A stretch of 64,000 nucleotides of DNA from assembly GCA_947589475.1 (NCBI GenBank), contig CANQBO010000001.1, positions 149,136 through 213,135 on the forward strand, given 5' to 3'. The DNA is from an uncultured Clostridia bacterium (lineage in GTDB: Bacteria > Bacillota > Clostridia > Christensenellales > CAG-917). Under the pieces are notes generated by a model. It saw only the letters and a program-made list of their open reading frames with translations, was not told where the DNA came from and made no database searches. Within the stretch, counting starts at the first letter, position 1. Every line of letters starts with the position of its first letter. Positions 53,643 to 63,046 of this stretch are shown here, one piece after another. A program made the position numbers and the translations under genes.

Positions 53643-55052
53643 ATGAGAAAATACGATATTTGCATAGTCGGCGCGGGTCCCGCGGGAATATTTACGGCGA
53701 TAGAGCTTTTAAAGCACGGTTACGGCGGGAAGATGTGCATCATCGAGAAGGGACAGCCCATCGAAAGACGCGCTTGTCCAAAGACAAAGGGCGGCGAGTG
53801 CAGAAATTGCAAGCCGTATTGCCATATAACCACGGGCTTTTCGGGTGCGGGCGCGTTTTCGGACGGCAAGCTGTCTTTAAGCTATGAGGTGGGCGGCGAG
53901 CTTCCGCAACTCATAGGCGAGCAAAAGGCGCAGGAACTCATCGACTATACGGACGGCATATATCTCGAGTTCGGCGCAGACGAGCATGTCGAGGGTCTCG
54001 GCAATGACGAAAAAGTCAAAGAGATCCGCAAAAAGGCGATAAAGGCGGGCCTCAAGCTTGTGGATTGTCCCATACGTCACTTGGGGACGGAGAAGGCGCA
54101 AGCGCTTTACGGCGCGATTGAGGAGCACCTCAAGGCGAACGGCGTGGAGCTTATCTTCGGCAGACAGTGCGACAATATCATTCTGGACGGCGACGTATGC
54201 AAGGGCGTATACATCGAGGACAGCAAAGGGCAGAACAGAGAGGAAATATTCGCGGACAAGACTATAATCGCCACTGGGCGCAGAGGCGCGGAGTGGCTTG
54301 AGAAGATGTGCGCGCAACACAATATCGCTCATGCGCCCGGAGTCGTCGATATAGGCGTCAGGGTAGAGGTGCGCAACGAAATTATGGAAGAGATAAACTC
54401 CGTGCTGTACGAGAGCAAGCTTATAGGTTATCCCGAACCTTTCAAAAACAAGGTGCGCATATTCTGTCAAAATCCGGGCGGATTCGTTTCGCAGGAAAAC
54501 TATGACAACGACCTCGCAGTCGTCAACGGACACAGCTACAAAGAAAAGAAGAGCGACAACACAAACCTCGCGATCTTGTGCTCGCATTCTTTTACGGAGC
54601 CGTTTAAACAGCCCATTGAGTACGCGCAGAAGGTGGGAGAACTCACGAATATGCTGGGCGCGGGCAAAATCTTGGTACAGCGTTACGGCGATATTTTGAG
54701 CGGCAAGCGCACGTGGCAGAGAGAACTCAGCTATTCAAACGTCCGTCCCACGCTTAAGGACGCGGTGGCGGGGGACATAACCGCCGCTATGCCGTACAGG
54801 GCGATGCTCAACATCATCAACTTCATACAATCGGTGGATAAGGTGGTGCCGGGCTTCGCGGGCTATGAAACGTTGCTGTACAGCCCCGAACTCAAGTTTT
54901 ACTCAAACAAGATAAAGATGGACGAGCACCTCAACACATCCATTCGCGGACTGCATTGTTTGGGGGACAGCAGCGGGTGGACGCGCGGACTTATGATGGC
55001 GTCAGTCATGGGCGTGCTTATGGCGCGCAACTTGCTCGGAATAGACAATTAA
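53643..55052 (+). CDS. FAD-dependent oxidoreductase (COG2509-like)
   Basis: The N-terminal YDICIVGAGPAGIF dinucleotide motif. About 470 aa, of the uncharacterised NAD(FAD)-utilising dehydrogenase type. Confidence 0.75.
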   Translation: MRKYDICIVGAGPAGIFTAIELLKHGYGGKMCIIEKGQPIERRACPKTKGGECRNCKPYCHITTGFSGAGAFSDGKLSLSYEVGGELPQLIGEQKAQELIDYTDGIYLEFGADEHVEGLGNDEKVKEIRKKAIKAGLKLVDCPIRHLGTEKAQALYGAIEEHLKANGVELIFGRQCDNIILDGDVCKGVYIEDSKGQNREEIFADKTIIATGRRGAEWLEKMCAQHNIAHAPGVVDIGVRVEVRNEIMEEINSVLYESKLIGYPEPFKNKVRIFCQNPGGFVSQENYDNDLAVVNGHSYKEKKSDNTNLAILCSHSFTEPFKQPIEYAQKVGELTNMLGAGKILVQRYGDILSGKRTWQRELSYSNVRPTLKDAVAGDITAAMPYRAMLNIINFIQSVDKVVPGFAGYETLLYSPELKFYSNKIKMDEHLNTSIRGLHCLGDSSGWTRGLMMASVMGVLMARNLLGIDN

Positions 55053-55078
55053 ACCGTTTAGATGCTTTGTTTGCAATT

Positions 55079-55105
55079 AAAAAGGAGTCTTCGGCTCCTT
55101 TTTTG
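55079..55105 (+). terminator. rho-independent terminator
   Basis: AAGGAG/CTCCTT stem with loop TCTTCGG, followed by T6. Confidence 0.75.
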
Positions 55106-55255
55106 ATAAGTTAAAGATTTATAATAATATATATTTTGGATCGAAATTAAAAATTAAGCATAAGAAGTAGTTTTAAAATTTTTCGACCTTAGGTCTGTCC
55201 CTCATATCCAAAAATTACTTGCTATAATTTCCACTCGCGGGCAAAAGATAATAGC

Positions 55256-56380
55256 ATGCGGATGACAGATGATTTGAGATGCAGAAGGAGGATACGTATC
55301 GCGTGGACAGTCGCTATATTGACTGTGGCTGTCCTCGCGATATTACTGTTTCCGTCGACTGAGGGTACGCTATCCGAAATAGGCTCAAACTTCCCCATGC
55401 AGGCGATAGGTCTGACGTCGAAGGCGGCAAGCGAGGAATATGTCTACATCGGAGGCATACCAATCGGAATTTCCATAGGCGCAAACGGACTTATCGTAGA
55501 GGGGCAGAGCGGAGTCGTCACTCAAAGCGGCGAGGCATTCCCGTCAAAGGACAGCGGGATACAAAAGGGGGATATAATATACGAAGTCGACAAAGAGCCG
55601 ATAAGCTCGCTGTACATTTTGAAGCGCACGCTTGACGACGGCAAGGGCGCCGTAACGCTGTCCGTAAGAAGAAAAGGAAACAGTTTCGAGGCAAAGATAA
55701 CGCCTGTCGAGGATCTTAGCGGGTCGAGGAGGCTGGGACTCATCCTCAAGGAAGATATAGGCGGCATAGGTACGCTCACTTTTGTGACGAAGGACGGGCG
55801 TTTCGGCGCGCTGGGACACTATATACAGGACGGAGAGACGGGACTTAAAGACGAACTGAACAGCGGCAAAATTTATCCTACGTCCGTCACGGGCGTTACT
55901 AGGGGCGAGATCGGAAAGGCGGGCGGTCTGCAAGCGGATGTAAACAGGCTTCTCAAGCCGCTCGGCACAATAACCGAGAATACGCTCATAGGAATATACG
56001 GCGACTATGCGGACAAGCCGAAAGGCGAACTCATGCGCGTGGCGACAAAAGGCGAAGCAAAGATGGGCGCGGCGCAAGTGCTCACCACCATCGATGGCGA
56101 CGAGCCGACGCTTTATGACATAGACATAGTGAAAGTAATTTCGCAAAGCGAAGCGAATGAGAAGGGTATGGTCATATCTGTGCGCGACAAGCGCCTCCTC
56201 GAAAAGACGGGCGGCATAGTGCAGGGAATGAGCGGAAGTCCGATAATCCAAAACGGCTTGTTTATAGGCGCCGTCACGCACGTTTTTGTGCAGGATCCCA
56301 CGCGGGGATACGCCGTGCACAGCCGCTTTATGGTGGACGAAGCGGACGCGGGCGCAGACTTTATGAGGTACGCCGCTTAA
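55256..56380 (+). CDS. spoIVB: SpoIVB signalling serine peptidase (S55)
   Basis: N-terminal TM helix, PDZ region (GIQKGDIIYEVD) and the catalytic region GIVQGMSGSPIIQNGLFIGAVTHVF. Confidence 0.9.
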   Translation: MRMTDDLRCRRRIRIAWTVAILTVAVLAILLFPSTEGTLSEIGSNFPMQAIGLTSKAASEEYVYIGGIPIGISIGANGLIVEGQSGVVTQSGEAFPSKDSGIQKGDIIYEVDKEPISSLYILKRTLDDGKGAVTLSVRRKGNSFEAKITPVEDLSGSRRLGLILKEDIGGIGTLTFVTKDGRFGALGHYIQDGETGLKDELNSGKIYPTSVTGVTRGEIGKAGGLQADVNRLLKPLGTITENTLIGIYGDYADKPKGELMRVATKGEAKMGAAQVLTTIDGDEPTLYDIDIVKVISQSEANEKGMVISVRDKRLLEKTGGIVQGMSGSPIIQNGLFIGAVTHVFVQDPTRGYAVHSRFMVDEADAGADFMRYAA

Positions 56381-56721
56381 GCTTGGTTGCTCAAGCGCTC
56401 AACCGCAGTAAGCACAAATTGTTTGTTTGTCGGTTTGCCTTTGTTTTCGTCGAGGGTCTCGCCGAATTCGCGATACAGGACATCTACGTCTCCTCTCAGC
56501 CATGCGGCGGAGATAGCGTTTTGGATGTCCTTTTCGATCGAAGCCGCGTCAACGTCGAATATGCTCGCAAGCCGTCTGTAGCCGTTATACTTGAGGGGGA
56601 GGATCTGTTCTCCGTTTAAGGCAAGCTCTATGAGTGCCGCAAGCAACTTGTAGCCTTTGAGGTTTGGCGCGAAGCCCAGAGAAAGTAGATATTTTTTTGC
56701 TTTGATAATATTTTCGCTCAC
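56377..56721 (-). CDS. stand-alone Spo0A C-terminal (effector/DNA-binding) domain protein, no receiver domain
   Basis: The 114-aa product aligns by eye with the Spo0A C-domain: NLKGYKLLAALIE (compare HIKGYLYLREAI), ASIEKDIQNAISAAWLRGDVD (compare [21 protein letters not shown]) and KGKPTNKQFVLTAVERL (compare KAKPTNSEFIAMVADKL). GTG start, with no ATG anywhere in the ORF and a weak RBS. Confidence 0.65.
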   Translation of the reverse strand: MSENIIKAKKYLLSLGFAPNLKGYKLLAALIELALNGEQILPLKYNGYRRLASIFDVDAASIEKDIQNAISAAWLRGDVDVLYREFGETLDENKGKPTNKQFVLTAVERLSNQA

Positions 56722-56832
56722 GGCTAGAGAATAGCATACGCCATATCCTCGGCGCTTGACCGAATTGAGGTTACTTTAAGAATTTTTGTGCGATTTTGTC
56801 ATAATCTATGCGCTAAAAGCGTACTGTTTGGT

Positions 56833-57429
56833 ATGTCATCCGCAAAGTCGAGGATATTGAAGAGCGAAATTTCCGCCTATTTCAAAGCCAACGCGAAGAT
56901 CGTCGTCAGCGCGCTTGTTATACTTGTCGTCGGCGTGATCGCGGGCGTTGCGCTTGTATATAGGGAGGTCGGCGGAGAATTCGAGACGGTCACGAGAGTG
57001 GACGCGGAGACGGGCGCGGGGAAGATATTTTTTCTCGCTTTGGCGACGCTTGCGGCATGCTATGCGCTTGTACTCTTGTCCGGACTCAACAAAAAGACGG
57101 TGTTTCTATGTTGTATACCGTACTTCTTTATAGGTTTTATTTTGGGAAGATGCTCGACGGCGCTTATTTGCCGCTATGAGATATTCGGCTTGCTCAACTT
57201 CCTGCTTGTCTATCTTCCCGTATTTTTGATAAGTATATTTTTGCTAGTAATCGCCACGGCGCGAGTGCTGTCCGCCTCATGCACGGAGTGCGGAGTCGGG
57301 AAACTCAAACCGTCTTTTGTCGCTCTGATGAAAATATTTGCGATAAATGCCGCCGTGTGTTTTGTGTTTATCGTGCTCGTAGGCCTATTAGTGGGCGGAG
57401 TCATCATACCCACTCCTTTCGACGCATAA
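56833..57429 (+). CDS. hypothetical polytopic membrane protein (SpoIIM-like topology, unverified)
   Basis: Five hydrophobic helices. Start uncertain (GTG 56788 or ATG 56833). No diagnostic motif recognised. Confidence 0.5.
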   Translation: MSSAKSRILKSEISAYFKANAKIVVSALVILVVGVIAGVALVYREVGGEFETVTRVDAETGAGKIFFLALATLAACYALVLLSGLNKKTVFLCCIPYFFIGFILGRCSTALICRYEIFGLLNFLLVYLPVFLISIFLLVIATARVLSASCTECGVGKLKPSFVALMKIFAINAAVCFVFIVLVGLLVGGVIIPTPFDA

Positions 57430-57588
57430 ATTTTGAATACCTCGACCGTGAAATTTTTATGAATAGTATAAAATAAAAAATTATTTTTGAAAATGTTCGG
57501 TTGGAATTATTGAATTTGCAAACTCGACAAGCGTAGAGAAAAAATAAACCCCGCCGAGGCGTGGAGCAGTGCCTCTCAAAATATGCCC

Positions 57589-57617
57589 GCATATTTTTTT
57601 CAGACTTAGACACGCTA
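57589..57617 (+). promoter_or_regulatory. possible forespore-type (sigmaF/G-like) promoter upstream of the Dac gene
   Basis: GCATA - 17 nt - CACGCTA (sigmaG consensus GHATR-N17/18-CATxxTA, one mismatch), 24 nt before ATG 57641. Confidence 0.3.
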
Positions 57618-57640
57618 AGAGAAAAGGAAGTGAGGCAATT

Positions 57641-58849
57641 ATGAACATTTCAAATTCAAGATCCAAAATTTTGGTTGCGGCGGTCGTGGCGCTGTTTGCA
57701 GTCGCGATCGTAGCCGCTTCGATATGCGTCGTTTTTGCGAGCGGCGGGGAATACGCGTATGCGACATCCGATATAAACAGCGTTGGCAAGGCGGCTTATA
57801 TGGTCGATTGCTCTACAGGTACGGTCATTTATGCGCGCAACGAGAAGGAAAGGTTGCCCATCGCCAGCATGGTCAAGATTATGACCGCGCTCCTCACGCT
57901 CGAAGCGGTGGACAGAGGCGAAGTCTCGCTTGCGGACGGCGTAGCCGTAAGCGAAGAGGCGGCAGGCATGGGCGGTTCGCAGGTGTTTTTGGACGCGGGC
58001 AGTACTCATAATCTGGGCGAGCTTTTAAAGACCGTCATAGTGGCGTCCGCAAACGACAGCTGCGTCGCGCTTGCGGAGCATGTCGCGGGCAGCGTCAGCG
58101 GCTTTGTGGCGCGTATGAACGCCCGAGCCAAAGAGCTGGGCATGCAAAACACATCATTCAAAAACTGCACGGGTTTGCCCGCGGCGGAAAGTTTCTCCTG
58201 CGCGCAGGACGTTGCGGCTATGTTCGGAGAGCTTATTAAACATCCGACATACTTCGAGTACGCGGGAATTTGGATGGAAGATTACGTCCACCCGAGCGGC
58301 AGAACGACCTCGATATCCAACACGAACAAGCTGGTACGCTTCTATAAGGGTTGCGACGGAGGTAAGACGGGTTATACGAGCGAGGCGAAATTCTGCCTTG
58401 CCGCGACCGCAAAACGCGATGATATGCGCATAATCGCGGTCATGATCGGCGCGCCGTCCTCAAAGGAGCGCAATGCCGCAGTCAGCGCGATGTTTGACGA
58501 AGCTTTCGGCAATTATACCAACAAGATATTGCTCAAGGCGGGCGATCCGATCGACAGGCAAGTGGGCGTAGCGGGCGGCAAGAAAGACAGCGTATCCGTT
58601 ACGGCGGCAAGCGACGTGGCGCGCTTTATGGCGAGGAACGAGAGCGCCGATTACGAAGTTAGATACGATCTTAAAGAAAGGGTAAAGGCGCCCGTGAAGC
58701 AGGGCGACAGGCTGGGTACGGCGTATCTTGTCAAAAACGGCGAGATCGTAAGCGAGACCGCCCTCGTCGCCGCCGAAAACGTGGAGCGCATGAATCTTTT
58801 CGACGCCATAGGCGAGATAGGCAGACATTGGGCAACGGGCAGACGATGA
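57641..58849 (+). CDS. D-alanyl-D-alanine carboxypeptidase (S11, DacF/DacA-like)
   Basis: Signal anchor, then SMVK (SxxK), SANDS (SxN), KTGYT (KTG) and a C-terminal PBP5 beta domain. Confidence 0.9.
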   Translation: MNISNSRSKILVAAVVALFAVAIVAASICVVFASGGEYAYATSDINSVGKAAYMVDCSTGTVIYARNEKERLPIASMVKIMTALLTLEAVDRGEVSLADGVAVSEEAAGMGGSQVFLDAGSTHNLGELLKTVIVASANDSCVALAEHVAGSVSGFVARMNARAKELGMQNTSFKNCTGLPAAESFSCAQDVAAMFGELIKHPTYFEYAGIWMEDYVHPSGRTTSISNTNKLVRFYKGCDGGKTGYTSEAKFCLAATAKRDDMRIIAVMIGAPSSKERNAAVSAMFDEAFGNYTNKILLKAGDPIDRQVGVAGGKKDSVSVTAASDVARFMARNESADYEVRYDLKERVKAPVKQGDRLGTAYLVKNGEIVSETALVAAENVERMNLFDAIGEIGRHWATGRR

Positions 58850-58905
58850 AATTTCAAACCGTGGCGGAAACATTTTATAAACTCTGAATTTTTAAACCGT
58901 CATTT

Positions 58906-58939
58906 ATACGCGCACATTCCTTATGGGGTGTGCGCGTAT
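58906..58939 (+). terminator. perfect 11-bp hairpin after the Dac gene (weak T-run)
   Basis: ATACGCGCACA/TGTGCGCGTAT. Confidence 0.5.
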
Positions 58940-59107
58940 TTCAACAACTGTCTAAGACGCATACCGTCGTATTGTACGAAAGCGTTTACACATTTATCAA
59001 AAACAACAAAATATCAAACGAAAGCTTATAATATTTAGCCTTTGACTTTTGGCTCTCGGCGTGTTAATATTTATTGTAATACGTTTACTTTAATTTGCGG
59101 AGCACAG

Positions 59108-60025
59108 ATGTCAGAAGACGACGAATTGAAAAATACTTCTCAAACCGACGCGCCGATGGACGAAGAAACAGGCGAAACAGGGGACGCAGACGTCTCGGGT
59201 TTTTCCATGTCCGACGTTGATATGGAGGACGGCGATCTGCCGTATGAAAAGCCGAAGATAGTTTATCATATTACGGATTTCGACGGACCGCTGGATCTTT
59301 TGTACCAACAGATAAAGGACGCGAAGATAGACATCGAGGACATATTTATTTCGGACATCACAAGTCAATATGTGCAGATAATCAACAATGCGCCGAAGGA
59401 AGAGCTGGACTATGAATATGCGGGCGAATTCATCGTCATGGCGGCAGAGCTTATTTATCTGAAGTCGCTTCGTTCGTTGCCAAAAGAGGACGATGAGGAG
59501 CTGTCCGAGGACGATCCCGCCTACGAGAGACAACTTTTCATCAACAAGCTCAAACAATATGCGCTTTTAAAGGAGCAGAGCGAAAAGTTGCGAGAGATAG
59601 AGACTATAAATCGTTTCTACCGCATGCCGACCTATACGGACAAGGACTACCGCGTCGCGCTTGTCAACTTCTCGTTGCCAAAACTTGTGGAAGCGTTTGC
59701 AAAGGTGCTTGCTTCCGCTGAGCGCCGCGGGCAGGAAATTATACCGAAAAAAGTCGTCAAGGACAGATTTTCCGTGCACGATCAGATGGAATACATTCGC
59801 TCGATAATCGCCGAGAGGCTTGAGGTCGAATTTACGGAGCTGTTCGAGCCGGACTATGACAAGGCGGACATCGTGACTACTTTCCTTGCCACGTTGGAGC
59901 TTGTCAAATACGGCATAATCTCCGTCACGCAAGAGGAAAATTTCGGCGTTATCATGCTTCACGCGCTTGACGGCACGGCGGACGCCACAATAAACTTCGA
60001 GGAGGGCGACGATGGAAAATATTGA
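59108..60025 (+). CDS. scpA: segregation and condensation protein A
   Basis: FDGPLDLLYQQIKDAKIDIEDIFISDIT is typical of the ScpA kleisin N-domain. Has an acidic N-extension. Overlaps scpB. Confidence 0.9.
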   Translation: MSEDDELKNTSQTDAPMDEETGETGDADVSGFSMSDVDMEDGDLPYEKPKIVYHITDFDGPLDLLYQQIKDAKIDIEDIFISDITSQYVQIINNAPKEELDYEYAGEFIVMAAELIYLKSLRSLPKEDDEELSEDDPAYERQLFINKLKQYALLKEQSEKLREIETINRFYRMPTYTDKDYRVALVNFSLPKLVEAFAKVLASAERRGQEIIPKKVVKDRFSVHDQMEYIRSIIAERLEVEFTELFEPDYDKADIVTTFLATLELVKYGIISVTQEENFGVIMLHALDGTADATINFEEGDDGKY

Positions 60026-60764
60026 GAATGTTGTGGAGGCTATAATCTTTGCAAGCGGCAGCGCTATAGCGAGGACGGACATCATCGAAAAGGTGCCCGA
60101 ACTCACTCATCAAAAGCTCAACTCAATCGTCAGGTCTCTGCAGAAGCGCTACAGCGGAGAGTCGGGCATAGTGCTCCTCGATTTCAACGGCAAACTGCAA
60201 TTCAGTTCAAATCCCGTCTACGGGGACACGGTCGCGGACGTGCTCACTCCCCTCAAGGAGAAGGAACTGACGCGCACGCTTCTCGAGGTGCTGTCCACAG
60301 TCGCGTACAAACAGCCCATAACCAGGCTGGAGATCGACGATATGCGCGGAGGAACAAACTCCGAGTACGCGCTTTCCGGACTGCTGAAAGCGGGGCTGGT
60401 GCAAGCGGTCGGGCGCAAAGACACCGTCGGCAGACCGTTGCTTTATGGCACCACGGACGAATTTTTGAAAAAATTCGGCTTGAGCGACATCACCGATCTG
60501 CCCGATTATTCCGAAGTGCTTGAAAAACTCATGCTCATCGACGCTCCCATATCGGACAGCCTCTTTCACAATCGTTCCATTTTGGACGGCGACGAAGGCG
60601 AAGGAGACGGAGATGGCGAAGCCGTCAAAACTCCCGATGACGCCCTCGAGGAGGCGGCAAGCGACGCCGAAACCGCGCCCGAACCCGAGACGGACGACTT
60701 CTTTGACGACGACGATGAACTACCGGATTTCCTCATCGGCGAGGACATCGACACTTACGAATGA
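60012..60764 (+). CDS. scpB: segregation and condensation protein B (with acidic C-tail)
   Basis: VEAIIFASGSAI, VAYKQPITRLEIDDMRG and GRPLLYGTTDEFLKKFGL. Confidence 0.9.
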   Translation: MENIENVVEAIIFASGSAIARTDIIEKVPELTHQKLNSIVRSLQKRYSGESGIVLLDFNGKLQFSSNPVYGDTVADVLTPLKEKELTRTLLEVLSTVAYKQPITRLEIDDMRGGTNSEYALSGLLKAGLVQAVGRKDTVGRPLLYGTTDEFLKKFGLSDITDLPDYSEVLEKLMLIDAPISDSLFHNRSILDGDEGEGDGDGEAVKTPDDALEEAASDAETAPEPETDDFFDDDDELPDFLIGEDIDTYE

Positions 60765-60904
60765 CGCATTTCGCGGCATAGCCGAACCTGCTATGCCGCG
60801 AGTTTTTTAAAAGAAAATATAATCAGATGAGTGTATTTTTTGAATTTGCGCTTTATACGGCGCATTTTTTTCATATAATCTCAAAATTCGCACAAAATAT
60901 CACT

Positions 60905-61372
60905 ATGGCGGTGCAAATCGTGCTGATATGCCTTGAAACAATAATAGCGTTGACGTTCTTGCCCATGCAAATAAGTCTCACGGGGCATGTCTCGCTTGCG
61001 CGGTCTTGCGCGGAGCTGGATGTAAAGCTGTTTGCTTTCAGGGTCGTCAAAACCAGAGTTTTCGCGCAAGGAGGACGCTTCAATTGCACCGTCAACGGCA
61101 AGAAGCCAAAAAAGTCGTCCTTAGATCCTATGAAAATGATTAAGATCGCGATAAACTTTCAAAATTCAGATGTAAGAAGGGCGGGCGTCGTCGCGCTGAA
61201 GATAGGTCTGAATGACGCGATGAAGTCTGCGGCGGTCGGAGCTTTAGTTCAAACGCTGTTTGCGCCGTTTGCAAAAGGCGGGGCGTATATAAGCGAGACG
61301 GACAGCTTCGAGTTGGACATCGGCTTTAAAATGAGGATAAATTTGCTTCAGGTCGCCGAGATCGCGATTTGA
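60905..61372 (+). CDS. DUF2953/YtfI-like sporulation-associated membrane protein
   Basis: N-terminal TM helix. Sits immediately upstream of the ytfJ/gerW-like gene, as in ytfI-ytfJ pairs. The family call is by context and general resemblance only. Confidence 0.45.
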   Translation: MAVQIVLICLETIIALTFLPMQISLTGHVSLARSCAELDVKLFAFRVVKTRVFAQGGRFNCTVNGKKPKKSSLDPMKMIKIAINFQNSDVRRAGVVALKIGLNDAMKSAAVGALVQTLFAPFAKGGAYISETDSFELDIGFKMRINLLQVAEIAI

Positions 61373-61387
61373 TACGGAGGGGAATAT

Positions 61388-61732
61388 ATGCAACTTGAAG
61401 AAATGTTGAAGCGCACCGTGGAATGTATACGTTCCGCGGTCGAAAGCGACGAGATCATAGGAAAGCCCATAGTGACGGGGGACGGAAGCGTAGTGTTGCC
61501 CGTCAGTAAACTAAGTTACGGTTTTGTGTCGGGCGGAGGCGAGTATGGCGACGCGAGCGAGGGCAGACTGCCGTATGCGGGCGCGTCGGGAGGAGGAGTG
61601 ACGGTGACGCCGCTCGGCTTTTTGATTTGCGGCAGGGAAAAGAAGTTTGTATCTTTGGACAGCGGACAGACGGACGGCAAGTGGAGCGACCTTGTGCGCA
61701 CGGTGCTGAAAACATTCAAAAAGGAGGACTGA
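61388..61732 (+). CDS. ytfJ: GerW/YtfJ-family sporulation protein
   Basis: IIGKPIVTGDGSVVLPVSKLSYGFVSGGGEYG...GGGVTVTPLGFLI is typical of YtfJ/GerW. Confidence 0.85.
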   Translation: MQLEEMLKRTVECIRSAVESDEIIGKPIVTGDGSVVLPVSKLSYGFVSGGGEYGDASEGRLPYAGASGGGVTVTPLGFLICGREKKFVSLDSGQTDGKWSDLVRTVLKTFKKED

Positions 61733-61733
61733 T

Positions 61734-62924
61734 ATGAAAAACTTCGGAGGCAAATTTCTTGTTGTGTTCGCGTTTCTCGTAATATCTTTGCTTGCGGCGA
61801 ATGCTTTCATTGTAAATTCCGATTTTAAAGGCGGATTTGAACCCAGATTTGCAAAAAGTATTCTAAATTATGTCAAAAATGATAATAGTTTAGTTGAAAA
61901 AAGCGTGGATAATTTAGACGCAAATGCAGACGGCTACTCCGAGCGCAAAAGCGGGGAGTATGACCCCGACGACGATGTTTCGGACGGAGAAAATTCAAAA
62001 CGCGTAAAGAGAGAAAGGGACGAAAGCGGCGTCGGCGGCGATAAGAGCATAGTTGCATCTAAGACTGTCGGAAGCGGCAAGGCGCTCATTGAGCAATCGT
62101 CGAGGCGGGTGTTGTACGGAGTCAACGAACACGCGAGGTGTTATCCCGCAAGTACGACTAAAGTGCTGACGGCGTATGTTGTGCTGAAAAATCTGCCTCT
62201 CGACCATATAGTGACAGTGCCAAAGCAAGCGGTGGGCGTTGAAGGGTCCTCGATATATCTCAAAGAAGGGGCGCAGATCACAGTCGAAGATCTGCTGTTC
62301 GGACTTATGCTCAGAAGCGGCAACGACGCGGCGACGGCGCTTGCCATCGAGACGGCGGGAAGCGTACAAGCTTTTGCCGCGCTCATGAACGAGACCGCCA
62401 TGTCTCTAGGCGCAAAGGAGTCCCACTTTGTAAATCCGCACGGTCTGCACGACGACGAGCATTATACGACCGCATACGACCTTGCGCTCATCACAGCCGC
62501 GGCGTACGAGCTTGACGATTTCAAGCGCATAGTCGGCACAACTTTGAGGCGTATCGAGATAGACGGCGAAGTCACGGCGATTGCAAACAAAAACAAGCTT
62601 TTGAAGCTGTACAAGGGCGCAAACGGAGTAAAAACTGGCTTCACCAAAAAGAGCGGGCGCTGTCTCGTGAGCGGAGCGAAAAGAGACAATATGCAACTCA
62701 TTGCGGTCGTTCTTAATTGTCCCGATATGTGGAATGAGAGCATAAATATGCTGGATCACGGTTTTGACAACTTTGAAATGGTGCCTCTTGACAGCGCGCT
62801 ACTCACCTATGGCGAAGGCAAAAATAGGGTAGAAATCAGCGCGCCGTACAACGTCACGGCGGATTGGCATGACATATATTATCCGCTTGCAAAGGACGAG
62901 TATCTCGTCGTAAACGCGCTGTGA
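61734..62924 (+). CDS. dacB: D-alanyl-D-alanine carboxypeptidase (S11, DacB-like)
   Basis: Signal anchor, then STTK (SxxK), SGND (SxN) and KTGFT (KTG). Sits in the scpAB-...-dacB context, as in Bacillus. Confidence 0.85.
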   Translation: MKNFGGKFLVVFAFLVISLLAANAFIVNSDFKGGFEPRFAKSILNYVKNDNSLVEKSVDNLDANADGYSERKSGEYDPDDDVSDGENSKRVKRERDESGVGGDKSIVASKTVGSGKALIEQSSRRVLYGVNEHARCYPASTTKVLTAYVVLKNLPLDHIVTVPKQAVGVEGSSIYLKEGAQITVEDLLFGLMLRSGNDAATALAIETAGSVQAFAALMNETAMSLGAKESHFVNPHGLHDDEHYTTAYDLALITAAAYELDDFKRIVGTTLRRIEIDGEVTAIANKNKLLKLYKGANGVKTGFTKKSGRCLVSGAKRDNMQLIAVVLNCPDMWNESINMLDHGFDNFEMVPLDSALLTYGEGKNRVEISAPYNVTADWHDIYYPLAKDEYLVVNAL

Positions 62925-63010
62925 GATTTTGCGCCGTTTTTGGCGGAAATAAGCGGAGAAAAGAAAATACGCAAATTTAAATGCGGCTCAAACGGCTGTA
63001 ATATACGAGG

Positions 63011-63046
63011 ACCTTTGAGGCATCGCCGCCGAGGGTTCTTTTTTTT
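63011..63046 (+). terminator. rho-independent terminator after dacB
   Basis: ACCTTTG/CGAGGGT stem (two G-U pairs) followed by TC and T8. Confidence 0.55.
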
